This document shows positions 38,585 through 48,144 of a stretch of DNA of 64,000 nucleotides, one piece after another. A program made the translations under genes and the position numbers. Under the pieces are notes generated by a model. It was not told where the DNA came from. It was given only the letters and a program-made list of their open reading frames with translations, and ran no database searches. Positions within the stretch are counted from its first letter, which is position 1. Each line of letters opens with the position of its first letter. The DNA is from Acidobacteriota bacterium. Lineage in GTDB: Bacteria; Acidobacteriota; Thermoanaerobaculia; Gp7-AA8. Location of the stretch: NCBI GenBank assembly GCA_019244185.1, contig JAFATB010000006.1, positions 128,001-192,000 of the forward strand, read 5' to 3'.

Positions 38585-39835
38585 ATGACGGATTTGGTGC
38601 TGGACTGGGAGAGTGGCGCTGCCGCGCGGCACGCGCACCTCGGCATTCCGTTGGAGAACCTGTTTGCAGCACGAGATCTCGTGCGCGGCGCAATGGGCGC
38701 AGCATGGTTCGAAGAGCAGGAGCGGCGGCACGACCGTGTTGGCATTTCAGGTGAGCACGCGCTGTACCGCCAGCTCACTGCGCCGAACGATCTTGCGCTC
38801 GTGGAGATAGCAGAGCTTGCGCACTACCTCATGGCATTCGCGAATGATCCCGCGATCGCCGAGGTGATCAAGGATTTGCGTAGCGACAAGTTCTGGGCGG
38901 TCTTCTACGAACTCGCGATGGCGTACCGCTGGCAGGACGCAGGAGCAACGGTCACCCTCGCGCCGGCCACGGCGAAAGGGATCGCGGACTTCAAGGCAGT
39001 GATCGATTGGCAGGAATTCATCGTCGAAGTGAGTAAGTTCGAGGACGACTTCGTCGGAAGCTTTCGCTTCGATATCCCGATCAAGATCGTCGAGGCCGTG
39101 GAGAAAGCGCTACTCGATGTACAGCCGTTCGTCTGCAAGATCTACTTGCACGAAGAGCTGGCGCCGGGGAAGGAGACGCCGCTGCGTGCGGCGGCGAAGG
39201 AGGCGTGCCACGCGTTTCGGCAAGCGCGCCGCGCAGGTCAAGACAGCGCAAGCGTGACCAGCGACTTCTGCACCGTGACCTTGGAGCGCTTGACCAATTC
39301 GTCCGAGACGAACCCATTCCGGCTCGACGAGTTCGGCCGTCAGGTGAGCGTACGAGAGCACGAGTGGAACGCGTACATCGGTTCGCCGGATGATCACGCG
39401 CGGTTTTTCTTTCAGGTGCAGCCCGAGGAGCGTTCCTTTCACGATGAGTTGCTCGCGAAGGTCACGAAAGAAGTGAAGCAGCTCGCGCGCACGGAAACAC
39501 CGACCGTCGTGATGATCGACGTCTCGGCCTTCGGTGATTTCTACTCGCTTCCCTTGGCGAGCATGCAGGACGCCCTCACGGACGTGTTGCGGCAACATCA
39601 GCGCGTCGCGAGCCTGTGGTTCTTCTCGCGTCAGTGGACGACTGCATTCCGGTACAAGTACTGGTGGACGCACCTGGAAAGCCCCTTCGCAAAAGCGCTC
39701 GTTCCGTGCGAGTTTCTTGAGCGCTTGATCGACCGTGAATGGCGATGGGATTTTCTCGGTGGGCGCGAGTACGAGTTCAGCACGCCGGAGACGGACAGCC
39801 GACGGTATGCCGAGCACATGGCGATCCGGCGCTGA
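38585..39835 (+). CDS. Hypothetical protein with PD-(D/E)XK-like nuclease motif
   Basis: FYELAMA...G..V...ADF...IVEVSK. Confidence 0.65.
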   Translation: MTDLVLDWESGAAARHAHLGIPLENLFAARDLVRGAMGAAWFEEQERRHDRVGISGEHALYRQLTAPNDLALVEIAELAHYLMAFANDPAIAEVIKDLRSDKFWAVFYELAMAYRWQDAGATVTLAPATAKGIADFKAVIDWQEFIVEVSKFEDDFVGSFRFDIPIKIVEAVEKALLDVQPFVCKIYLHEELAPGKETPLRAAAKEACHAFRQARRAGQDSASVTSDFCTVTLERLTNSSETNPFRLDEFGRQVSVREHEWNAYIGSPDDHARFFFQVQPEERSFHDELLAKVTKEVKQLARTETPTVVMIDVSAFGDFYSLPLASMQDALTDVLRQHQRVASLWFFSRQWTTAFRYKYWWTHLESPFAKALVPCEFLERLIDREWRWDFLGGREYEFSTPETDSRRYAEHMAIRR

Positions 39836-39908
39836 GGCAGACGCAAACGGTTCTACGATTCTGATCGAAAGCGACAAGAATATAAATAGTAGTCACTTCC
39901 TAGTAACG

Positions 39909-40337
39909 ATGGGAAGCAAGGACTCGGGAGCGCAATTCGCCTTAGAGACAAGAGTGGATTTCTATCATCAGATTAAGGGGCTCGTGGCAAAAGGTACGCC
40001 TGACGATATTGAAAAGAAGCGTCTCGTAGGTACCCGAATGTGCTTTTATCTTTTCAACCAAAGTCTTGCATTGCAACTCCTTGAAGATGATATGCCTGCG
40101 CCGGAAGGCAGTGCACTCAGAGCATTGTTCATTGCGGATGGTTACGAAGCATCTGCATTAAAGGGCGACATACGAGACTATTTTGCTGATGCCAGCACTG
40201 CGCGCGCAAGAGAAGTGTTGGTTAATCAGTTCTATTCAGATGTCGTCGAAATCGTTGACAGGGCACTGCTCCGGTATGAGCAAATGACTCAACTAATAAC
40301 GAGTGCGCCCGCAACGTCGTTGCGCAATCAGCAGTGA
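39909..40337 (+). CDS. Hypothetical protein (AT-richer segment)
   Basis: ATG 39909 within the 39735-40337 frame. Confidence 0.55.
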   Translation: MGSKDSGAQFALETRVDFYHQIKGLVAKGTPDDIEKKRLVGTRMCFYLFNQSLALQLLEDDMPAPEGSALRALFIADGYEASALKGDIRDYFADASTARAREVLVNQFYSDVVEIVDRALLRYEQMTQLITSAPATSLRNQQ

Positions 40338-40481
40338 TGCCCTATCCATCTCCGTATTAGCCGACGGCCTTCGCGATGTAACTCCTCTCGCGCCTTTCGA
40401 TTCTTACCCACAGAAACTAGGCTTTCTTCACAGGGCGTCGGAGCCGAAACGTTTTAATACGACGACCGGTGCCAGCGTTGC

Positions 40482-40928
40482 GTGGATGCCAACTCTCTCA
40501 AGCCTGATGCGCTGCTCCTCATCGGTCTGGTGCTCGCGTGGGTTGCGGCGCTCTTACTCTTCACGCCGGTGTACGAGGTACTGACTACGGCGCCGACGGA
40601 TATCGTGAAGATTGGGGTCGTGACGTTGGCAGATCTTAAGGAGTACTGCGCGTCATCGCTGGGCAGCGTGAGTCGGCTCGTGGATCAGGAGGCGCGTCGG
40701 GCATGCTCGTTCATACGCATCATCGTCGTCTTCTCGTACCTGGCGCTCGTTGTGGGTATCGGCATGCTCGTGACCGGAGCGATCATGAAGCAGCGCTGGG
40801 GATCGGAGACCATGTGGTACCTTGCCTTCGCGATCATCGCGCTGCTCATCTTCGTGCTGTTCGCGTCGTACCACATCGTCGCGGTACCGATTCCGGGCGG
40901 CACGACCTATCAGGGACAGTTCTTCTGA
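40482..40928 (+). CDS. 3-TM membrane protein
   Basis: Three hydrophobic segments with a Cys pair in the loop. Confidence 0.6.
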   Translation: MDANSLKPDALLLIGLVLAWVAALLLFTPVYEVLTTAPTDIVKIGVVTLADLKEYCASSLGSVSRLVDQEARRACSFIRIIVVFSYLALVVGIGMLVTGAIMKQRWGSETMWYLAFAIIALLIFVLFASYHIVAVPIPGGTTYQGQFF

Positions 40929-41033
40929 GTGCGAGGGCTTAACGAAACGCTGCACAGTCGACGACGTCTGCGCGTTGCGTCGATCGGCGCGTTCCCGATG
41001 ATGATGCCGGTGTCCGTGACTGCTGGCAACGGA

Positions 41034-41321
41034 TCACGGAGCGGGTCGTCCGGTGGCGCTCGTCGCGTTCCAGTCTTCCTCGTCGCACTCCCAGCACCAG
41101 TGCGCGTGCTCGTCGTGCAGGACTTGCTTGCCGTGTGCAGAGCACGTGATGGCGGAGAAGAGCGGCTTGCCATCGGGGTACGGTTCGTTGCACTCCTTGC
41201 AGTGCCAGCATTTCGTGAGCTTGGACTGCCGGAAGCGGCTGCTGCCGCATGCGATGCACTCACTGATCATTCGCGACTCGCGCTTCCAGGTGCGTTCGTG
41301 GCCGGCGATCGTGACGATCAT
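41034..41321 (-). CDS. Small Cys/His-rich zinc-finger protein (true start probably internal, MISEC)
   Basis: CIAC, CWHCKEC, CSAH, CWEC. Confidence 0.55.
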   Translation of the reverse strand: MIVTIAGHERTWKRESRMISECIACGSSRFRQSKLTKCWHCKECNEPYPDGKPLFSAITCSAHGKQVLHDEHAHWCWECDEEDWNATSATGRPAP

Positions 41322-41539
41322 GACTGTCTTGCTGATGGAGCGTTTAAGAACCTTTTCCCGGACGCCCCCAAGGCAGGGAGTGCAGAGCAGCAGGACGGCA
41401 GGAGAATAGGGTCACCCCATCTTGGATGACTGCACCTGACACCTCCCGGTGCTGTACGGTGCAGCGGGCTTTAAGAAGATTCCGGCTGCGCGCTTCGCCA
41501 GGAGGTTTCTTGGTGACGAAAGGTTTGCGACGAGGCGCT

Positions 41540-42844
41540 TTAGAGATCATCCGCGCCGGTCCTGGTTGCGACCGCTTCGATCGTCAAGGAGAACAGGTCG
41601 GGGAGGCCGGCGGGCGATGCCGAGCGGAGGTCGATAACGTTCCTGCCCTGCTGGAGGTCAAGCTCGAAGCCCGGCGCTTTTTCCGCGATGACGGGGCTGG
41701 CGGTTGTGGGGAATGCGAGTTGGGTCTTACTCTTGCCGAAAATATCCTCGCCATTGTTGTGGGGTACGTCGGGCGCCGTGAAGACGTTGACGGGGCGGTC
41801 GGTGATGGCAGCGTAGCGTATCGTGATGCGGTACCGTCCCTGGTGTGGCGCGACGACGACGTAGCCGGCGTGTGACGCGGTGCTGACGGGGTCCGAGGTG
41901 ATGGCGCCGTTCGGCTTGTCCATGATGTAGGCGGTGTAGCGTCCGTCCAGCCATCCGTTGGAGTTCTGGTCCGGTACTCCGTGGGCCGTGATCACCGTCC
42001 TCCACGGTCGCGGTTGCGGGGCAGGTACTGGCTGGGGTGTTGTGGGCGGTTGTCTCGTGCTTGTCGTCGTGGTGAGTGTGGTGTCCGTCGTGTCCGTGCC
42101 TGGTTTGGTGATTGGCGATTCGGGCTTTGATGCTGGCAGGTTCGTGAGGATGAGCAGGACGATGATGAAGAGTGCTGCTGGTCCGCCGAGTTCGATGGTG
42201 AGGCCGTAGAGTTTGCCGCTCGCCTTTGCGACCGCGCGGAAGAGGCCGAAGAGCAGGATTGCGGGGACGAGGCTGATGATGAGGTAGAAGACGGCTGTTG
42301 CCGGTCCGGTGAGTTGGGCGATTTCTTGTCGTTGCCAGATGATGAGTCCTGCGGTGCCGAGGAGGACGGCGAGGAAGATGATGATCGCGGGCAGCGACGG
42401 TGCTGGTTCTGGTGTTATCGGTGGTGGTTGCGTCGCAGGTTGCGCTGTCGGGACACGTGGCGTTGTGTTCTCGGATGGCTGTTCGGTTGGGGGTTGGTAG
42501 AAGTCGAGTCGTGCGGTGAGGCTGCGGAGTTGTGTGATGCATTGGCGGATGTCGGTATCGAGATCACGGCGTTGCTCTTCTTCCGGTGGGTTGGTGTAGA
42601 AGACGCTGCGGACGGTTTCGTTGTCGAATTCGTCGGCGGGTGTTGGTTGGTTGAAGAGTGAGCGGAGGAGTTCGATCGTGTGGCGGCGTTGGATGTCGAG
42701 GTCGTCTTGGAGTTCTGGTATGGGGCGCGCGCGGACGGTGCTGCGGAGTTGTTCGTAGTCGCGGATTGCGTCGGCGATTTTTCGCGCGGCGTTCTCGCGT
42801 GTTGTGCGGAGGTGAGGCAGCGGCGCTGGGCCGTTGGTTGACAT
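41540..42844 (-). CDS. Membrane protein: helical N-domain, 3 TM, Pro/Thr linker, CBM-like beta-sandwich
   Basis: GGAGG RBS; TM segments with GGPAA; GRYRITIRYA and LQQGRNVI resemble CBM6/35 strands. Confidence 0.7.
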   Translation of the reverse strand: MSTNGPAPLPHLRTTRENAARKIADAIRDYEQLRSTVRARPIPELQDDLDIQRRHTIELLRSLFNQPTPADEFDNETVRSVFYTNPPEEEQRRDLDTDIRQCITQLRSLTARLDFYQPPTEQPSENTTPRVPTAQPATQPPPITPEPAPSLPAIIIFLAVLLGTAGLIIWQRQEIAQLTGPATAVFYLIISLVPAILLFGLFRAVAKASGKLYGLTIELGGPAALFIIVLLILTNLPASKPESPITKPGTDTTDTTLTTTTSTRQPPTTPQPVPAPQPRPWRTVITAHGVPDQNSNGWLDGRYTAYIMDKPNGAITSDPVSTASHAGYVVVAPHQGRYRITIRYAAITDRPVNVFTAPDVPHNNGEDIFGKSKTQLAFPTTASPVIAEKAPGFELDLQQGRNVIDLRSASPAGLPDLFSLTIEAVATRTGADDL

Positions 42845-43186
42845 GCAGTCCTCCAGAATGGCGTGGTTAGCATTCTAGCTGGGTGGTGCGATTGCTGTCC
42901 CAAGGGACGGATGAATGAGTGTCCCGCTTCGCGGGGCTGATTGGATTGCCCGCGCTGCTGCGCGGGAAGGTGGGAACCCGCCTGCGGGCGGGGATACGGT
43001 GGGGAAAAGGGGGGAAATGAAGCGTGAAGCGAAAGGTGTGAAGCAAGACCTGCGGAGGGTCCGAAGTAGTGCGCGCAGCGGACGTTAGACGGAGTTCACG
43101 TGCCGTTGGTCGCGAACGGATCAGCGATCACGCGCTGCCGCGACGCGCGGAATCGGAAGTTAAGCGGAAGCAGTGAGTTGGACTTC

Positions 43187-43249
43187 TTTCACGCGTCTTG
43201 TTTCACACGGCCTGTTTTGTTTCACGCGGTGGCAGTTCTTGTTTCACGC
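43187..43249. repeat. Four direct TTTCAC(G/A)C repeats at the 3' end of integrase 2
   Basis: Copies at 43187, 43201, 43220, 43242; related inverted GTGAAGC copies within 43017-43047. Confidence 0.7.
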
Positions 43250-44579
43250 TTGCCGCGGGCGGCAACGCGGCCGTCGGGAGCGTCATGCCGTTGGACGCAA
43301 TGTTCTGCGCACCCGTCTCGTGCAGCGCGACCGCCTTCAGGGTCTTGCCCAGGCCGGCCGCATGCACCGCACGGGCTGCTTCGTCAACGAGTCCACGATC
43401 CACGAGTACTTTGAAGAGGCTGCGCAGGAGGTGCTCCTTCGCGTCGTGAAGTTGCTGGTGCTCGTACGCCTTCTGCAGGTTGATGACCGCGTTGCACGTC
43501 GTGCAGTAGTCGTTCGTCGGCGCGTTCAGGGCGTGGCAGCGGTAGCACGTGATCGCACGCAGCTCGTCGGTGACTTCGCGCTGCTGGACCAGGTTGTTCT
43601 CGCGTAGGATTGCCGCGTTCGCATCGCTGGCAAGCAGGTGCGCGTACGTCGCGAGCTGCTCGCTGTTCGGGCTCCACCCGAAGTAGGCCTTCGCCTGCGC
43701 CTCCGTCATCAGGCCGCTGGCGAGCACGTAGGTGGCGCGTGAGTGCCGGAAGAGGTGTGGGTAGACGCGCTTGGTGATCCCGGCCTGGACAAAGTAGTCG
43801 TGGATGAGTTTGCGCAGCGCTTGGTAGAGGACCGGCAGTGGCTTCGTGCACTGCTGGCGCACCCAGAGGGGTGCCTCGGGGTCGGTTTTGAACGGATGGT
43901 TGTTCAGCCACTGCGCCAGGAGCGGCGCACTACTGACGATGAGGGGGCTGCGTACGCCCGTCTTGCCGTTCACTTCCAGGGTGTACCCGACGCTTGCCGC
44001 GACCGCGTCTTTGATCTGGCGGTTGCCGATCTCGGCGATGCGTCCGCCGGTCTCCCAGAGGATCGCGAGGAGTGCTTTGTCGCGCGGGTTGCGGGCGACG
44101 GTGATGACGCGCTCCACGTCGGCCGGCGTGAGCAACTCGTTGCGTTGCAGCTTCTTCTTCTCCTTCGTGCGCACGTGCGTGGTAATCCAGCTCACGAGGA
44201 GGGGGACGCTGGCGCGCCGTCCGAAGTCGGCGGGATTGTTCAGCCACGTGTAGAACCGCTTGATGATCGCCTTGTACGTGCTGATCGTCTCCGCGCTATA
44301 CGGTGGTTGTCGGGTCATCCAGTGCGTGACGAGCGCTTGCAAGTCTTCTCGCGTCGCCTGATCGAGGTCTTTCCTGAGTTGCCGGGCGGCGAGCAGCAGG
44401 ACGCCCATCGTGCGAATCAAGCGGACTTTGCCGCAGGTTTGCTGCAGCAAGGACGCGCCGCAGAACTGCATGATCAGGTCTTTGCTGTGCGGACTGAGGT
44501 CGCTGTTGCGGATCTGGGTTTCCGTGCGGGCGTAGAGCGCGCTGTAGTTGTGGATGTCGATGGTCACGTGCTCTCTCAT
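43203..44579 (-). CDS. Tyrosine recombinase/integrase, archaeal type, with C-terminal zinc ribbon
   Basis: ETGGRIAEI, GKTG, HLFRHSRAT, YFGW, TYAHL, CYRC...CTTC; AAGGAGG RBS. Confidence 0.9.
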   Translation of the reverse strand: MREHVTIDIHNYSALYARTETQIRNSDLSPHSKDLIMQFCGASLLQQTCGKVRLIRTMGVLLLAARQLRKDLDQATREDLQALVTHWMTRQPPYSAETISTYKAIIKRFYTWLNNPADFGRRASVPLLVSWITTHVRTKEKKKLQRNELLTPADVERVITVARNPRDKALLAILWETGGRIAEIGNRQIKDAVAASVGYTLEVNGKTGVRSPLIVSSAPLLAQWLNNHPFKTDPEAPLWVRQQCTKPLPVLYQALRKLIHDYFVQAGITKRVYPHLFRHSRATYVLASGLMTEAQAKAYFGWSPNSEQLATYAHLLASDANAAILRENNLVQQREVTDELRAITCYRCHALNAPTNDYCTTCNAVINLQKAYEHQQLHDAKEHLLRSLFKVLVDRGLVDEAARAVHAAGLGKTLKAVALHETGAQNIASNGMTLPTAALPPAASVKQELPPRETKQAV

Positions 44580-44898
44580 TGGTACTCCTCCTTTTTTAAG
44601 GGCACGTGACACCGCCGCGGGTGTAGCGGGATGCGGATGCAACGCGCGTCGCATCGAACGCCACCCGGCCAAATCACCGGTCGGCGGCGCAGCAGCGGTA
44701 GAACGCCGACGCTCAACGAATCAGCGCTAATCGCACGTTACCGCCCTCCGCGAGCGCAGCATCGCGGCGGATCATGTGCCGTTTCGCAGGTGGCGGTGAA
44801 CCAACTATTTAGATCTTTCGCTTGCGCGTCTGACGCGCGCGTTAGGCGCAATGTCATGCGCATGAAAGAAAAGAGAAAAAGAGAAAAGGTAGGAGGCC

Positions 44899-45123
44899 TC
44901 AGCGTTGTCGCTTCGCACGTCGCGTTGGTGCTCGTGACTTGCTCGGCTGCGGCGTCGTCACGCGCTGCGCCCGCTGCAAGTTCACGTTGAAGAGTCGATC
45001 GCACGTGTCAGCTACGGTCTCGTCGTGCACCATGACGAATTGTTCATCGTGGTGCGTGGCGAGGTGGGTGACGGTTTCTTCGAGTTGCGAGACACGCGAG
45101 ATGATGTCGTCGATCTTCGTCAT
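44899..45123 (-). CDS. Small hypothetical protein
   Basis: MTKIDDIISR, ATGA overlap with the MTase stop, GGAGG RBS. Confidence 0.55.
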   Translation of the reverse strand: MTKIDDIISRVSQLEETVTHLATHHDEQFVMVHDETVADTCDRLFNVNLQRAQRVTTPQPSKSRAPTRRAKRQR

Positions 45124-45881
45124 GCGACCTTCACCTCCGATGCGGCGGTCGGCGCCTTGGGTTTCGCTGCGCGCTTGTGGGTCGGCTTCTTCGGTGGTGC
45201 CGGTGGTACGGCATCGTCGCTGGTCGCTGGTGTGATCTCGTCCGGCCCTTGTTCCTCGTCGCTCACCGTGGGTGTTGCGGATGTCGGTTCTGGTTCGGGC
45301 GTTTTCAGGCGACTCTGTGCGATCTGTGCGTACTCGGGGTTGATCTCCGCGGCGATGAAGTGGCGCTTCATCTGCTGGCAGGCGACTGCGGTCGTGCCGC
45401 TGCCCACGAACGGGTCGTAGATGGTTTCGCCTTCTGCTGTGTACTGTTCCAAGAGGTAGCGCAAAAGACGTACGGGTTTCTGCGTTGGGTGTGGCTTCCA
45501 ATCATGGAGGCTGCGGTAGTCGAGGATGGGGATGCTCCAGACGCGGCTGACCTTCTGCTTGGCTTCCTTGCTCCAGCACACGACGACTTCGTAGTGCGTG
45601 ATGCTGCGTGCGTCGGGCTTGTGCCAGACGTGTCGTGCGACCTCGTGCCATCCTGCTGGTGGTGGTGGCACGTCGAAAGGGTTCCAGAAGAACACCACGA
45701 ACTTCTTCGCTTTCTTGCACGCGAGGTAGAGCATGGCCAGGCCGTCGACGAGTTGCTCGTCGAAGAGGTTCATGCGGTTCGGGTACGGCGGGTCCGTGAT
45801 GACCGCGTCGATACTGTCGTTCGGTAGCTGTGTCGTTGCGCTAAAACAATCCAGGTTGTGTACTTTGTCGAGTTCTAACAT
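45120..45881 (-). CDS. Orphan beta-class N4-C/N6-A DNA methyltransferase
   Basis: TDPPY, HPTQKP, DPFVGSGTT in beta-class order. Confidence 0.92.
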   Translation of the reverse strand: MLELDKVHNLDCFSATTQLPNDSIDAVITDPPYPNRMNLFDEQLVDGLAMLYLACKKAKKFVVFFWNPFDVPPPPAGWHEVARHVWHKPDARSITHYEVVVCWSKEAKQKVSRVWSIPILDYRSLHDWKPHPTQKPVRLLRYLLEQYTAEGETIYDPFVGSGTTAVACQQMKRHFIAAEINPEYAQIAQSRLKTPEPEPTSATPTVSDEEQGPDEITPATSDDAVPPAPPKKPTHKRAAKPKAPTAASEVKVA

Positions 45882-45968
45882 CGGAAGGTGGGGGCGAGGC
45901 TATTTTGGCGACGGGGCCATCAAGGGGATGATTGGCCCGGTGGCGTGGAGCGCCTCGCCCCGCGTGTT

Positions 45969-46079
45969 TCATTCGTTGGTCACTGGGAGTGGTGAGGAGG
46001 AAGTGTCGGTACTATCCGGTTCGCCGAAGAGCTCAACGTAGCGTCGGTAGAGTGTGAGGATCCATTGCTCGTCCGTCAT
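45969..46079 (-). CDS. 36-aa peptide
   Basis: MTDEQWILTLYRRYVELFGEP...; ATGA overlap with the upstream gene. Confidence 0.4.
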   Translation of the reverse strand: MTDEQWILTLYRRYVELFGEPDSTDTSSSPLPVTNE

Positions 46080-46516
46080 GCTTGTCCTCGCTTCGCGTAG
46101 GACCGTAGGCTGTCGATGAGTTGGAGGTAGTGCGCGACAAGTGGGCTGAACGTCATCTCCTCCTCCATGGTGAGGAGGTCGATGAGCGCCGTCACGACGA
46201 CGCTCATGCGTATCTGCAGCGCCTCATACGCATCATCACTGAAGTCCTTCGTGTCCCGTCCCTCGCGCAGCGTGGTCCAGAGTTGGACTTCCAGATCAGC
46301 GGCTTTGCGAAAGTGTTGCGGCGCTGCTTCCGCGAAGTACTCTTCAAACGTGTAGGGGAGTTCGGTGGCGTCAGCGAGTGCTTCGGTGAGGATGCGCGGG
46401 TTGAGCGCGTAGAACTCTCGGCGCCGCAGGTGCTTGCGTACGATCTCTGCCTGTTCGCGTCGCGTTGCGATTTGCGCCTTGAGGCGTTCCTGCTTGGTGA
46501 AGTGAAACCATGACAT
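46076..46516 (-). CDS. Hypothetical helical protein
   Basis: 146-aa ORF, divergent from 46690. Confidence 0.65.
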   Translation of the reverse strand: MSWFHFTKQERLKAQIATRREQAEIVRKHLRRREFYALNPRILTEALADATELPYTFEEYFAEAAPQHFRKAADLEVQLWTTLREGRDTKDFSDDAYEALQIRMSVVVTALIDLLTMEEEMTFSPLVAHYLQLIDSLRSYAKRGQA

Positions 46517-46689
46517 GCGGACAACAATGGGCGTGGTCCTATTTAATTGCCATCGGACGCGTTAGGCGCAATGCGTGTCAGGCGGTGTACTGGTGATAAG
46601 CACCAGCGTCACCAGCCGTGCGGCTGTCATCTGATACTCCTTGCGTGTCGTGCGACTTTTATAAAAGTAAACCGTGATTCATCCGGCGC

Positions 46690-47745
46690 ATGGACGCCTT
46701 ACAGCAGAGTATCTTGCGGTTTCTCTTTGTGGTGCACCACGCCCCGCAAGCGCTTGGGACTGAAGAGCTGGCGCGCACCCTTGATGTTCCCGATGCGCGA
46801 ACACTCTACCGCTGGCAAGACGCATTCGCCGACGACCTGATCTACTTCCCGAGCGTGAGCTTTCGCGCGCTTGGGCTGGAGCATTGGCACCTCTTCGTCG
46901 ATGACCCAAGCACCGAATGGGAGAACTTTGCGTACGCCATCGCTGGCGAGTGGGTGACGAACCGGCCAGGACAGCGGACGCTGTACTTGCACTGTCTCGC
47001 GCCGATCAGCCATCGTGCCGCGTTCCGGCAGTTGCTCGATGATCGCAAGGATTACTCAGACCTGCGCGCAATCAGAACGGATGATGGGTGGCAGGTCATG
47101 CGTGACCTCTGTGATGCGGCCAGCGAGCTTGAGGCGATTCCGACGCTGGCATTGCATGAGGCGCCGCTGGTGTGGGATGTCGTGGAGCGTTTTCCGCTGC
47201 TCATCCCTGTCATCTTTGAGAATGTGGAGCAGCATCACTCGCTACCGGAACTGTGGCGACGCATCTGCCAGCGCTTGGGTGAACGCGTATGGACGTATCT
47301 GCCGCCCGGTGTAAGTCGCTTACCGAATAACGGCAAGGCGTACGTGAAGGATGCGTATGTCCTGCTGAACAACACGCAGCTCTTCCGGCAAAACATCGTG
47401 CGCTACCGACCGTTGGAGACCCTCGGAACACCGATGTTTCTGCATGTGCACAGCGCTGATCTCAAAGGGATCATTGCGGCGTTCGGCAAGCGCGCAAGTA
47501 CGCTCGACGTGTACCCGATCACCGACACAGAAGTCCTGTTGCGCGTGACGGCGACGCACGCAACACTGCAGTACGTGATGAGCAGCGTCAGCGATCTACC
47601 GCGCATCACTGATTGGTGCATGGTGGATGTACTCCATCCCAAACGCGTCACGGTGCGTTTTGCCTACGAGCTCCTCTTCGATCCCACGACCACCGAGTGG
47701 GTCTTCCCGCACGACCTGTTCAAGCAATTCCGGAGTGGAGCATGA
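46690..47745 (+). CDS. Hypothetical protein, possible wHTH regulator
   Basis: N-terminal ELARTLDVPDARTLYRW HTH-like segment; first gene of the ATPase operon. Confidence 0.7.
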   Translation: MDALQQSILRFLFVVHHAPQALGTEELARTLDVPDARTLYRWQDAFADDLIYFPSVSFRALGLEHWHLFVDDPSTEWENFAYAIAGEWVTNRPGQRTLYLHCLAPISHRAAFRQLLDDRKDYSDLRAIRTDDGWQVMRDLCDAASELEAIPTLALHEAPLVWDVVERFPLLIPVIFENVEQHHSLPELWRRICQRLGERVWTYLPPGVSRLPNNGKAYVKDAYVLLNNTQLFRQNIVRYRPLETLGTPMFLHVHSADLKGIIAAFGKRASTLDVYPITDTEVLLRVTATHATLQYVMSSVSDLPRITDWCMVDVLHPKRVTVRFAYELLFDPTTTEWVFPHDLFKQFRSGA

Positions 47746-48143
47746 CGGAGAAGAAAGAGTTGGGAGCGGCGGCGATGACGGCCGCGCTGCATGGTGAGAA
47801 GACCGCCGTACTCGAACTGCAGCACGCGATGATCGGCGAAGAAATCAAAGCACGCGAAGCAATCAAGACGCGCAACCTCGCAGGCATCAAAGTAGACGAA
47901 GCAACGATCCGCGAGGAGCTGGTGCAACTCACGCCCGCACACGAGGGCGCAGCCGACGATCCCAACGCACGCAAAGAACGGCACCTGCTCGAACGTCAAG
48001 AGACTGAACTGCATCGTGAGGAACGAGCAGAAGAGCGCGCAGCGTGGACCGACGAACAACCGCTCACGCGTGAAGATCGCGAGATTCACAAGGTCACTCT
48101 CGAGCAGGAACAGCGACGCAAGCGCATCGATGAGCTGATGTGA
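47742..48143 (+). CDS. Coiled-coil protein
   Basis: E/R-rich helix; ATGA overlap with the upstream gene. Confidence 0.7.
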   Translation: MTEKKELGAAAMTAALHGEKTAVLELQHAMIGEEIKAREAIKTRNLAGIKVDEATIREELVQLTPAHEGAADDPNARKERHLLERQETELHREERAEERAAWTDEQPLTREDREIHKVTLEQEQRRKRIDELM

Positions 48144-48144
48144 A

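Noticed and set aside
45120-45881. Restriction-modification system
   Set aside because: No adjacent endonuclease gene recognised; treated as an orphan MTase.
44839-46573. Integron cassette array
   Set aside because: GTTAGGC cores are present, but there is no full attC structure, the genes run the opposite way and neither integrase looks like IntI.
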